Source: Glaucostegus cemiculus | Lineage: Eukaryota | Length of the DNA stretch: 64,000 bases | Assembly (NCBI GenBank): GCA_976551045.1 | Contig: CDPCPM010000073.1 | Span: 26,474,001-26,538,000, forward strand | Direction of reading: 5' to 3' | In this document: in pieces, positions 1 to 11,989 of the stretch | How positions within the stretch are numbered: position 1 is the first letter of the stretch | Layout: each line of letters starts with the position of its first letter | Program-made: the position numbers and the translations under genes | The notes under the pieces: model-generated | Told to the model about the DNA's origin: nothing | Databases searched by the model: none | The model's input: only the letters and a program-made list of their open reading frames with translations

Positions 1-685
1 GGAAAGCGAACTCCCATCCCTCCGTCATGAAATCCTTCTATAGAGGGACCATTGGGAGCATTCTAACCCAATGTATCACCGTTTGGTTTGGAAGCTGCTC
101 AGCTGCTGGGCGGAAGTCCCTCCAGAGGATAGTTAGGGCTGCGGAGAGGATCATAGGTGTCTCGCTTCCATCCCTCGCAGACACATACAAAGACCGTTGT
201 GTGAGGAAGACCAAAAGCATAATGGCCGACCCTTCTCACCCCTCCCACCACCTCTTTACAATTTTGCCATCAGGGAGGAGGCGTAAATGTATCAGAGCAA
301 GAACAACCAGGCTGAACAATAGCTTCTTTCCGCAAGCCATCAGAACTGCAAACTCTCTCATCCCTCCATCTTCCTTGTTAACACTAAGAGATGCTAGGTG
401 CACAGAAATGCACCAGCACTTTAAATGCCCGCCACCAGCCCGTTCACTTTAATAACTATTTATTTATTTACCGGCCATTTTTAATTTAATCTGCTTATTA
501 ATTTAATTTTAACTTCTTGTAGTTTTTAATGTTTAATGTTTTTTAATGTTTATTCTGTTAAGTGTGTCTGTGTGTCTCTGTTGGTTGTTATTTAATGGGA
601 CGAGCACCTGAGGAGGACGGTATCTCGCTCCTATGCATACTATGTATGTATATGGTTGTGACAATAAAACTGATTCTGATTCTGA
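1..685 (+). mobile_element. 3' end of a Rex1/Babar-type LINE (RT ORF C-terminus, 3' UTR and tandem tail)
   Basis: ORF 27-452 (open from window edge) FYRGTIGSILT.CITVW...DPSHPSHHLF..LPSGRR...RTTRLNNSFFPQAIR, typical Rex1-type post-RT C-terminus; AATAAA 663-668 followed by (CTGATT)n tail. Confidence 0.85.
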
Positions 686-979
686 AATTCATCTCAAAAT
701 GTTCTTGATCACCTCTTCCAAAATATTTGTGTTCCAGCCTGTTTTGCTGTTGGTGCTTTAGATGAACTTTCTAAAAAAAAGACTGTTTCAAATGCACCAT
801 GAAGATGCATGTCTTGTCCACAATGAAACCAATTCAACCAGTTTCACTTTAACGTGCCACATTTTTGTGATCTCCCACTGTTGTAGACACCATTATCAGT
901 ACTGAATGAAAGACTTTTATTCATGCTGTAATTTCATTGTTATATGGCTGTGCCAACATCTGAGTATATATTTAAGTAG

Positions 980-1300
980 TTGCTAATGTAAAGCAGGAAT
1001 TGGGAACCCAATTTTTGTAAAGCAGCTCACACAACCAGCATTATGATAATGACCAAATATTTTGCCTTTGAAATGTTTTGGATAAATATTGGCCTAAAAC
1101 TCCCCAGCCCATCTCCCCCCTCCAAGATTTCCATTCATTCTCTTGCAAATAAATTGATAGGCAAGATGAGTCTTTCATTAGAAAGATGGAGTCTCTGAAT
1201 GTGCTGTGCTCTTTGCTATGGTGGTATGTATTTTGAACTCTGTTGATTTAAGTCTCATACAGGAAACAATCTTTGACATGTTTGAGATTGCCAAGTCACA
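980..1300 (-). mobile_element. Deu-domain SINE (SacSINE1-like) relic
   Basis: atgataatgacc...ggataaatattggcc...actcccc is the reverse complement of the Deu core as recalled; bounds approximate. Confidence 0.55.
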
Positions 1301-2264
1301 GGTGATACAAACTAAACATGGAAGCATCAAAGTAAGAGCACCTTAGTTATTCTTTCATGTAGTAATGTTTGCTGCCTCACTTGGAACATAGCTGCAGTGT
1401 TTCCCCCTAGGGACCATTAAACATATCCTTATCTTCAAGTATCAAAAGATTTGGTATTTAAAAAAAATTAAAATTAATATTGATGTGCATTTGTGAGCTG
1501 TGATTATTTGAGAAGCTTGTATTTTTAATGAAAACATTTTGTTGGTAGCGAAGGTAATTGTATTCAGAGAGAATTGTTACTGTGTTGAAGGAGGTCTTAC
1601 AGCCTGTTGAATCTGCCAGAGTTATCCCTCAGGTTCTTCTTATAGTTCTGCTAATTCTTTCTTTTGGCATACTTAGCCAACCCTATTTTTGAATGTTGTA
1701 ATTTAATATGCTTCCATTCCAACCCCAGCATTGCATTCCAATCCCTAACCCACTTGATACATGTTAAAAGCTTTTCCTCATCACAAAATTTGTTCTTTTG
1801 CCAAACATTTTCTTTCTGTCATTGGGACAGTTTCTCTCTATATAGGCATGTCTGTGCTCTTCATGGCTTTACATTTGTCAGATCCTTCCCCCAATGTCCC
1901 CTCTTCCAAGGATAGCAACCCCAGCTTCTCCAATCTATCTACGTAACTAAAACCAGATATTTTAAAAAAAGGATATGTAAACTAAAAATGAAAAATGCTG
2001 GAATCACTTAGGTCAGGCAACATCTGTAGAAAGAGTAAGAGCTGATGTTTTTGGCTGAAGACAACAGAGGCCTGCAGAATCTTTCCAGTATTTTCTGTAT
2101 CTGCATTAGTAAATGAGTTTGGGGATGAAATCCATTTTAGTAAATCACTTCTGCACTCTATTAAGTTCTTATGTTTTTCCTATAGTGTGGCACAATTGTG
2201 GCCAAAGTATTTTATAAAGGTTCATTGTCACTGCCTTCCTCTTGTACTCCACCTCTATTGATAA

Positions 2265-3097
2265 TGTTACGAAGTAGCTTACTACCGGCAAACGTCCCTT
2301 TAAGAAGGACGTTTTTTGTGTGTGTGTGTGCCTATAAGACCGTATCACGTCAACAGAAGATAAGATGAACGTGATGAGGTCATTAAGAGAAAAAAGAGAG
2401 GGGGGAGAGAGAGAGAGACAAACAGACGGAGAGAGACAGAAGGGAGGCACGGCAGCCTGTTTTGTTTCTGTCGATGGATGAAGGACAGTAACTGTGTTTG
2501 TCACTACAATCCACGGATGGATTTCTGGAGTAGTCCAGTGGAGTCCACTTTGTCGGTAACCTGTAGAAGAACACAGGTGTTTGCGTGGATGACCACATTT
2601 TGGATGCTCTTCAGAGTGGCAGATAAGTGACAGAATTCGCTTTGCTGCTAACCTGTAGAAGAACACAGGTATTTGCATGGACAGTCACGATCCAGGAGTT
2701 TTTGGGGTGAGAACGTTACTACCGAGTAAGCCCTGAAGTGTCGTTTGAATTCTGAGTAGAACATTCAGATTTCGTGATTCCTCTCTAAGTTCTCTCTATA
2801 TTTATGTTTTGTCTTCGGTGGACGGTGCTTGTGAAGAAGCCTTTATTCGTGTTTCATCTTACGGCTTATTGAACTGAACTTTAAGAACTAATTCCTGGAC
2901 TTGGAGTTTAGGAATTTGCCACACACACACGACGAGTAGTTTTTGGGGTTACAGTTTAAGATTCTAATATTTTGTATTGTACTAATATACTAACTTTTTG
3001 TTCTTATTTACGTATGATCGGAAGTAGTTATTAATAAAAGTAGTTTTAACACTGAAGTATGACTTGGTGTGCTTCTTTTGTTGCTGGGTTCGTAACA
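2265..3097 (+). mobile_element. Complete LTR (833 bp), probably Gypsy-type
   Basis: Termini TGTTACGAA...TTCGTAACA; AATAAA 3033-3038 plus GU-rich tract near the 3' end; internal 33-bp direct repeats at 2557-2589 and 2649-2681; CpG-rich relative to flanks. Confidence 0.8.
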
Positions 3098-3107
3098 GAA
3101 TTTGACT

Positions 3108-3460
3108 TTCTCACCCCGAAAACTCCTGGATCGTGACTGTCCATGTAAACACCTGTGTTCTTCTACAGGTTACCGACAAAGTGGACTCCACTGGACTACT
3201 CCAGAAATCCATCCGTGGATTGTAGTGACAAACACAGTTACTGTCCTTCATCCATCAACAGAAACAAAACAGGCTGCTGTGCCTCCCTTCCGTCTCTCTC
3301 CGTCTGTTTGTCTCTCTCTCTCTCTCTTTTTTTCTCTTAATGACCTCATCACGTTCACCTTATCTTCTGTTGACGTGATACGTTCTTATAGGCACACACA
3401 CACACACAAAAAATGTCCGTCTTAAAGGGATGTTTGCCGGTAGTAAGCTACTTCGTAACA
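3108..3460 (-). repeat. Inverted copy of the LTR 5' half (matches 2265-2713, lacking 92 bp)
   Basis: Reverse-complement match by eye with few substitutions; ends CTTCGTAACA followed by ATAA. Confidence 0.95.
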
Positions 3461-4549
3461 ATAAAGCCCAGTATACTGCACTCATTTGTAAAATCTGTGG
3501 TCATCCTGGTCTGTCACTTTTTCCAACAGAGTATGTACTTATGTGCCCAGTTCTGTCAGTGTAGCCCTTTTAGAATTATGTCCTCAACTTTATACTGCTA
3601 CTCACTCTTTCAATCAAAATGTTGCATTTCACATTTCTCAGCACATTTTTTTAAAGCATGTATAGTTTTAGTATATTCTTTGCTCATCCACTGTTCTGTA
3701 ATGCATGAGATCACATGGCAGTTTACTTTAGGCTGGCTTGTAACCATGTGAAAGCAAGACGTGTGTAAATTTGAGATTATTGAAAACAGCTACTGCTTTG
3801 ATTTGATTTTTATATTTGAGGCAAGAAGGAATGAGTTTAGGCTTAAACTCTGGTACATCTGATAAATGCTTAAAGCAGCACTTAGTAAATTGGGCTGGAG
3901 AATATTGATCTTTTGAACCTGTTGTAAGGACTAAGACTGGTGCTTAGTTATTTCATGAGGCTTGGTCCTTAAGCATTGATTTCCAATATCAGGTTTTGAC
4001 AGCTATGTTTTATAAGAGTTTTGGACTAATTTCTTGATCTCAGTATTTCATTCAGTTAGTGCTGTGTTTCCCAAGCTGATGATCATAATCTCAAATGGCT
4101 CATACCATTAGCTGATGGGATTGGATCAAGGGGCCCCATTGGTTCTGACTTTGGCTCACTTCCCTTGTTAAGCTGTCAAACCACCCTTGATGTTGGGCGG
4201 CCTTTGTGGCCTGCATAATTTTGAGGCATGGTAGTGAAGTCTTCTCATCTACTCAGTTCAGCACTGCAAGTAACGATGTCTGCCTCTAGCTCTACTAACT
4301 CTTCCTTGCAGTTTATTGAGAAGCCTCATTGGGGAGAAGGAGAAGGGGAACAAAATCCTGCCCACCTACTCCGCTGGGCAGCAGTAGTCTTTGAGAGTAA
4401 TGAAGGAGTCTTGAACTCTTGCCCATTACTGAGAGTCACGTCCTCTTGACAGGCTGGAGTGCCTGTTACTGGGAATTGTAACATGCAAATTTGCTGTTGT
4501 CTATGTGTACAGTTAATGAAATTGATAAATCCAAATGTTACCAGGTGTG

Positions 4550-4830
4550 TCCTCATTCTCACCCTTCAGCCAGAAAATAGTGAGTTCAATCAGGTCCCAC
4601 TCTGGGAACTTGAGCACTTGTCAAGGGTGTAACGACAATGCAGTATTGAGGCACTGTCTTTAAATCAATACTTGATCTCCACACATGGATGAAACAAAAA
4701 AACAGACTATTTCAAGAATACCCAGGATTTGTTTTTGGTGTCCTGGCTGATATTTGTCGATTAGCTAACATTGGCTTAATTTAGCATATTGTCATATTGC
4801 TATATGAGGGATTTTGTTCTGCATTTGATA
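4550..4830 (+). mobile_element. Deu-domain SINE (SacSINE1-like) relic
   Basis: B-box-like gagttcaat..gtcccactc..acttgagcac, then ggtgtcctggctgatattt core. Confidence 0.6.
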
Positions 4831-7800
4831 CTTGATTATATTTTGATTTTGTTAGTTTCAGGGATCATGTGATATTGCAAGTTTTAAAATGGGTCGTTTT
4901 GGAACACATTGAGGCTCCAACAGGATGTACTACTCTGACTAATAAAATCTATTACATGTCGAGTAGTGCAAAAGTAGTCCTGATTATTTGCTTCAGATGA
5001 TTATTCATTGAAAAGTTAAGCTTCCCTTATCATATTTCAATAAAACAGTTTTCCTTGCCCTCTCTGTTAATAGTGTAAATTCTTTCAGCTATGTACCAAT
5101 TTTTAAGAAAAACTAATTTGGACGAAGTCAATGGGAACAAGAGTTGGGGAGAAGTGACCATTCATTGTATATTTAGTGCTGATTCTCAATCTTCAGTAGC
5201 AAGGATGACAAAATTGTCAGTGTTTGCCATCGTTACACAGAGGCGAAATCAGATTATGGCATATGTACAATTAATTGTAGAAATTCAGTGATTCTTTTTT
5301 TCCCCATGCCCATTGGTGTGATATTTTATAGCTTTCTCTACTTTAATCTTGAGAGATCAGCAATCTCACGAAAACCTGATGTATTTAGGAACTATTCCTG
5401 TTCTAAAATACCCAGAACATGCTATGCTCTGTTGCATTAGGTGGAGATTTTTTTGAATAATGTACTTAATTATAATTATTGCTTTGCACCTTTTCTGATC
5501 CTAAGAAAAATTAGTTTTGTGTGTAGATTTTAATCTCCCTCTTTAAAAAAAAAAATAATAATTTTAAGATTCTTATTATTCCACTTACCTTAATGTGGTA
5601 TGTGTTTTGGTCTTTATTTCACTTGGCAAAAGTTGTACTATTCCTCAGTTTGTTCTAATGCTTCAGTGTTGTTAGCTACTTAGCCAGCTTGATGACATCA
5701 CAGTTGTGGAAGTGTGATCTCTAAGAATGGACTGACTGCATCTGTGACTGTTTTTCCCAAAGTAATCAATGAGTGACTTTTTGTCGTTGATCGCAAAATA
5801 TCACAGTGAAATTAATCTAGAATTTTATTGTCTCCTAGTCTCAATGTTGAGTTAAAGTCTACAATTAATAATGAAGCCCAAATATTTGTGTTGAAATTTG
5901 AATGCATTTTTAAGATCTTACTATTTTCAGAATGGCAAGTTCAGAATTGGGCTCTTATTTAGAATAGTTTTGTCATAGTCTGTTAGATCTCAACGAAAGA
6001 TGTTGCTTGCAAAGCCTGGATAGTGACAAATCGATTTGGTGTAAAGAAACACTAAGCTGTCTCCAGTGAATTCTGAGGTGTTATTAAGCATTCTTAGAAT
6101 GCTCTCACTGGATATCTTCTAGAATGAATCAATTTCCATGGAAACTGTTGGACCTGCACTGTTATTGAAAGTGAAAGGCAGAAAAGCGCAAAGGGAACCG
6201 TTAATGAGGCATTTAGGCCAAATAAAACTTCATCTTTGTTTCAATTTACTTTAGAACTGTAAAAGCATTCAGTAACTTAGCTATGTGTTGCTGTTAACAT
6301 TAATCATCAAGTTGTTAACCAGAACTTTGAATAATTGCCGAAGATAAAATAAATTCAATCTGTGCTACTTGGAGATTGGTTTGAAAATGGCAATGACATA
6401 TTGCTCAGAATTGGTCTTTAATTTACCTTTTTAATGAGTTTTTAAATTTCTAGTTTAAAATCTCGGGTTTTTATTTCTTGCAAAATTTGGAAGCCAGAGA
6501 CTGGCCCTATTTTTTTTAAGAAAAAGAAGACAATGTTCTGAGCAGTGATCAAATAAAATAGGAAACACAAGTCCAATTAGTGCCAACTGGCAATTGTTTG
6601 CACAGTTTATGAACACCTATGGGTTAGCTATCGAGTTGAGACCACCCTCAATATTTTGTTTAAGTACTGTTGAAGAACTTGTGTTTATTGTGGCTCCTTT
6701 TACTAATTTCCCACAATAACTGTATATTTATTACTGTAGGAGATTATGCATAGAGGTGCAGTTGCAATTTTGTTTTAGTAAACAATGCTGCAGTATATGA
6801 CTGAGTTGGTCTTTGATGACATCAGTATTTGGGGTGCCATCAGTTGGCTAATTTTGTGCACTGCTGACTTTGCTTCAGTACTAACCAGGAACTAAGACTT
6901 GTATTTATTGAAGTTTTTTTTGAAATGGCCTTTAAAATCAAATTGTACAGGCTTGGTTTCAATGGAAAAGGATGTTTAAAAAGCAGTGTAGATTGCTTTA
7001 GCATGGCAGCTATTGAATGCATTGTTCATCTTCAATCCTGAGTTTAGGAAAGAAAGTTGGAACTTTTCAGGATATTTTCCTTGAATTTGGGAGGAAGTCA
7101 GTTTTTTTTTTGGTGAGTCGTTTTAAAAGAGGAACCTACTGGAGTCGATTGGTCTAAAGGCTGACTATATAGGTCCGTATTTGCCTTGAATTAATGCCTT
7201 CAAGCCATTTGTGAAGAAATGCCATAATTTTTTTGAACTGGGATGCTGCAGAATTGAGTTCAAATTTTTTAATGGTTTGCGGTGGTAATACGGTTCCAGT
7301 GAGAGTTCTTTAAGGTACAGGTGAGAGCATGGGGTATTTCCGAAGCAAAGGCACGGCTATGTTTGGTAGTGGAAGTAATCTAGATAACATGTTTAATTCC
7401 ATGCAAATTTGAATTCAGTATTAAAAAGCAAAAGTGGAATCAATCTTAATATGAAGCTGTCCGATTGTCAAATGAAAAGAAAACCATGACAGGTTCTTTA
7501 ATTTGTGTGTGTGTTGGGGAGGGGGAGCGGGGGTGTTGGTGGTGGGGGAGGCAGTTGGTTGGAAGCCAGCCATTGTTACTAAATGAGTCGTAACTATTCA
7601 GTCTCTATAAAATTCATAATGGTAAATTGAATGAGATTTTATTCTGTAGCAAGAATCACTATGTACAATTTATCCTTGCTTTCAGGTCGATAAACAATGA
7701 CTTAATAATATTGCACCCTTTCATTATCAAATGACCAGTTAAGAAAGTTTACTCAGTGTTTGTAAAGTTTGGCATGAGATGTTTAAGTGGTAGTAAAATG

Positions 7801-9829
7801 GCTTTTAAATCCCCTTTTACATTTTAAAATGTGCCAATGTTATCAAATCTTTTATGTTGTAGGAAATTTTCAGTGGCCTTCTGTAGAGTAAGTCTAGAAG
7901 TTCCACATTTCACTAAAACCAGGTAGTTCATATATGTACTGAATTTCTAAATATATATCTGTGTAAGCATCTTTAAACTTTATGGGTGCACATGATTATT
8001 TACTCCAGTGCATGCAGGCTTACTTGTGGAATAGGCTTCAACACGATAATATTGAACTCAGTGGAATGAAGAGGGATAAGATGTACAGAGAAGTTATTTT
8101 GTGTAATAATGAGCACACTGCTTGCGACCTGTGTTGTTAACATCATGCACAGCTGGGAGTGAAGATGATACTTTGTAGAAGAGAGAGAGATGGGTGAGCC
8201 ACACACCGTGACAAAATGGTTCCCAGAAGTTGATAGTTAACTGGTTGGGAAAGGGGTGGAACTACATGTGGGTGGGCTTGGCATAACTGGAATGAAAACA
8301 TAATAGGTAGATGGTACACAGTGCAGGTCTGGGTGATTTTAGGTATGCAAATTGTGGTTAATGCAACAGAATAGCTAAAATGTGGGGGTGATGAGTGTGT
8401 TAATTGATGTTTGCATCATTTGGTGGGGAGGTGAAAGAATGTGTGGATGAAGATTCTTTAGCGGGATAGAAAGATTTCTTTGTAACTCTGATTGTATGTA
8501 CAAATTGTTTACCACTGGATGTTTAGTGAAATTTCTACCCACTTGGCCACAGAACTGTTCCCTGTATCTAATTGATCAGCTTCAGGCAGAAAGAGAAGAC
8601 AAAAATCACAAGAAGATAGATGGAGTGTTGCATTACAGGGTACAAGAATTGGACATTGAAATTCAGTAACTTATAAGCAATTCTTTATTTGACTGTTTGA
8701 TAATTTAGTGTATTTACTTTCACAGATACTGGTGGTATAAAATATAGCAAAGAATCAGGGTAATGCACGTAATAGGCAAGTTTTAAAAGCAAGGGATAGT
8801 CTTGAGTTAAATGATGACTACTTTCTATATCATTCATATTTGAAATTGTCCTATTCATTTATATGTGATTTGAACTCTTATCTCAGTGTCAAAGGTTTTC
8901 AAAAGACTTTTCACAAAGCTGCCTGCCTCTTTGATGCTTCCCATATAACCTAGTGACTGGCCAGTCTACTATTTAATATTTGATTATTTGCTTTTCATTG
9001 CGCCATGCCCCAAAAATTAGATGGGAACTGTGTGATATCCTATCAGAAATAGCTGGAGTATGCCATTCGGCTGCTTGAGTCTGCTTCGCCTTTCAGTGAG
9101 ACCCTGGCTGATCTTTTACCTTAGCACTGCAAAATTAAAAGCCTAGGAAAAAGTACACTTTTAACTTGTCTGCTTTTTAAAAAAAATTGATGTAGTAACT
9201 TAATTCCTCCAAAAAGATACATTTTGCCCCTTTTCTATATAGCTGCTAAATTGTGGTACTTTAATAAACAAAAAGGAAATTATGAATATGAATTTTACCC
9301 CGGAACATTACAAAGATGAGCCCCAATAGAAAAATTACAATTACAGATGAAACCCATTTGCCAAGCCCTTTTGGTGCTATTTCTGTAGCAGTGTGAGCAG
9401 ATCTCTAAACTAGTATTTTTTAAATATCTTGGTGCATATTCTAAAGGCCACGTATGAATAGGATTATTTCAAATGTGAATAATATCGAAGGCTGTCATTA
9501 GGCCCACTTATTCTATACCAGCCTACAGCCATCCTGTCAATCCATTCCATCTTGATTCCCTTTCACACCTGCCTATTAGCAATCCCTCACTTCACCCAAT
9601 AGCCATTACCTTTGGAGTGGTTACTAGTCAATTAATCTGCAAATAAGAAACTGGAGATCTGACGGAACCTGGTGCACTGGAGCTGTGTGATAGCTGCACT
9701 ACCTGGTGTGCACAAAATGCTGGAAATACTTAGCCACATTGGGCAGCATGATGGACTTGGCTCAGAAAATCAGATATGCTTGTGGACTGGATAGTAGTAT
9801 TGAAAGTTTGTTTTCATCAGATGACAGGT

Positions 9830-11310
9830 TAATTAAATGAGTATTTTGCATCAATCTTTAGCATAGAGAATACAAGTAACATCCTTAAAATAGCTGCAAA
9901 TTGGAATGTGGGACAGGAATTCTGGGGGAAAATCATAATTACCACAGCAGAGGTATTATGAACATTGTTGGATCCGTGGGCTGACAAGTCTCTGGGATTT
10001 AATGGGTCTTAAGAGAAGTAACTAGTGAGATAGTTGATTGATTGTGTATACTTTTCAAAAAATTCCTGAGATTTGGGGAAGTTTCCATTCGATTGGAAAA
10101 TAACAAACTTAACTCCTTTATTCAAAATAGGAGGTAGATGCAATGCAGGCCATTAATCTTAACATCTATCATTGAGAAAATAGAAGCTATTTTTAAAAAT
10201 GTTAATAGCAATACACTTGACATCAGGTTAATTTGACGTGGTTTGTGAAAGGGAAATTATGTTTGACTAATTGTTCTTTGAAGTAATTTGCTGTGAATAG
10301 AGGAGAATAGGTGGCTGTACTGTACTTAGATTTCCAGAAACTATTTGAAATCGTTTATTGCAGAAAATAAAAACTCATACTGTCAGAGATGATGGAAGAT
10401 TGGCTGGCTAATAGGAAACTGAGTAGGCTTAAATGGGTCTTTTTCTGGTCACATGATGTAACGAGGGAACAGTGCTGAGGCCCTGGCTTTTTATGTGTGT
10501 ATGTACAACTTGGATAAAAAGATTGAAGTTCGGCTTCTAAATCTGCTGATGACACAGAAGTAGCGAAGTTGTATTCAAGAGGAGGCAAAGAGGTTACAAA
10601 AGTATATGGATAGGAAAAGTGAGTGTGCATGGATCTAGAAAATGGAGTAAAAAGCAGTAAAATGTGAAATTGTATATTTGTCAGAAAGATAATGCATAGT
10701 ATCTAAATAGTGAGAGGTTACAGAGCTCCAAGTCTTAGAGGGATCCAGTGTCCTAGTGCTAGTTTTTAGGTATAGCAAGCTGTTGGGAAAGCTAACAATG
10801 TTATTTATTGCAAAGGGAATTGAGTACAGAAGTAGAGAGGTTATACTTCAGTTAACTCGGACATTGGTGAGACCACATCTGGGCCCTGTCTTCAATATTA
10901 GTCGTCTTATTTAAGGGTGGATGTTAATGTGTTGGAAGCAGTTCACAGAAGATTTACTGGACTAATACCTGGAAAAAGAGTGGTTGTCTTCAGAGGAAAG
11001 ATTGGAGAAGTAAGTCTTGTATCTGTTGGGGTTTAATGAGTGAGACAGAATGAAGGCATAGGAAATCCCGAGGGGTGTTGACAGAGTGTGGAAGAATTAG
11101 GAACTAGGGTCACTGTTTAAAATAAGGGATCTTGAATTAAGACATGCAGGATGCTTTTTTTTTCCTGACGATCCTTGGTCTTAGGAACTCTCCTTAAAGT
11201 CTTTGAATGTGGAGTTGAGGTTGCAGTCAGATCATTTGTGATCATATTAAATGGCAGAGCCAATTTGGCAACCATTTGAATGGTTACTCCTGCTCCAATC
11301 TCTCCTCTGA
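9830..11310 (+). mobile_element. Decayed CR1-clade LINE (RT region to 3' UTR)
   Basis: Recognisable motifs: tgtacttagatttccagaa (YLDFQK), gctgatgacacaga (ADDT), gtgagaccacatctgg (VRPHL); many indels. Confidence 0.75.
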
Positions 11311-11498
11311 AGGCAACCACACTGTATGTACTTCATTGGATTTTTATAGCAGTATAACTTTTATTTAAAAAATGACCAAGTTTGAAATTAGTTTTTTAAA
11401 ATTTAACTTCAATTTAAAATTTAATTTCAAGGGCAATATTATAACCAATACTGTACCTGTTCACACATTCTTTTACTGTTGTGTGTTTCACATTTTAG

Positions 11499-11662
11499 GA
11501 TTGACATTGCGACAGCCGATCAAGACAATTTAAAGTATCCTTTGGCCAGGGATCGGGGCAATTCTGCCTCATACGGATTGCATTCTACCAGTTCTGCCAG
11601 TGTGCCTCGACATAGACACGATGACATTCGAATCCTTGCTGGATTTCAAAATGAAGAAGGGG
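11499..11662 (+). CDS. SMG1: SMG1 exon 2 (164 nt)
   Basis: ttttag|G...G|gtaagg; IDIATADQDNLKYPLARDRG...FQNEEG. Confidence 0.9.
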
Positions 11663-11989
11663 GTAAGGCCAGCTTAAAGCTTCAGTAATTTTCCACTCTG
11701 TATTCCTATACTGCATCATTGAATTTGTTTTACAATATTTTCTTGTGTAAATTAAAATTGCTTTATTCTCCAAGTATATCATAATGCTTCTATTAAGTAG
11801 ATTTGTAAATCATCCACCAGTGAATGCACAGATTAATCTCATGGAGTTCTACATTTAAAGAGAAAAATCTGCCACAGAATTTCAAATTGGTGTACTAATG
11901 AATATTGTGAAATGAGAATGGAATGTATTGAAAATCTGAACATGTATAACTGTCAAAAGATCAAGAAAAGAGGGTAATTTGCCTAATTT

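Larger units (their letters stand above)
1570..3640 (-). mobile_element. Old CR1-clade LINE 3' portion, interrupted by a short Penelope-type repeat (~1985-2105) and the fold-back LTR element (2265-3460)
   Basis: Minus strand across the rejoined insertion site reads ILGFINR..EYKRKAVTMNLYKILWPQL (CR1 RT C-terminus); CR1-like 3' UTR at ~1570-1950. Confidence 0.75.

Noticed and set aside
2557-2681. Two 33-bp repeats with a spacer, superficially CRISPR-like
   Set aside because: Only two units, inside an LTR in a vertebrate intron, with no cas genes.
3098-3107. gaatttgact after the LTR end as a primer-binding site
   Set aside because: No TGG and too short to match a tRNA 3' end; at most a truncated spacer.
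2169-3425. Near-identical peptides from ORFs 2169-2678 (-) and 3102-3425 (+), suggesting a duplicated small gene
   Set aside because: They are the same non-coding LTR sequence read on the two inverted arms, running through GA/TG microsatellites, with no protein motif apart from the CR1 tail.
2265-3460. DIRS-type (tyrosine recombinase) interpretation of the inverted termini
   Set aside because: DIRS elements generally do not have TG..CA ends or make TSDs; both are present here.
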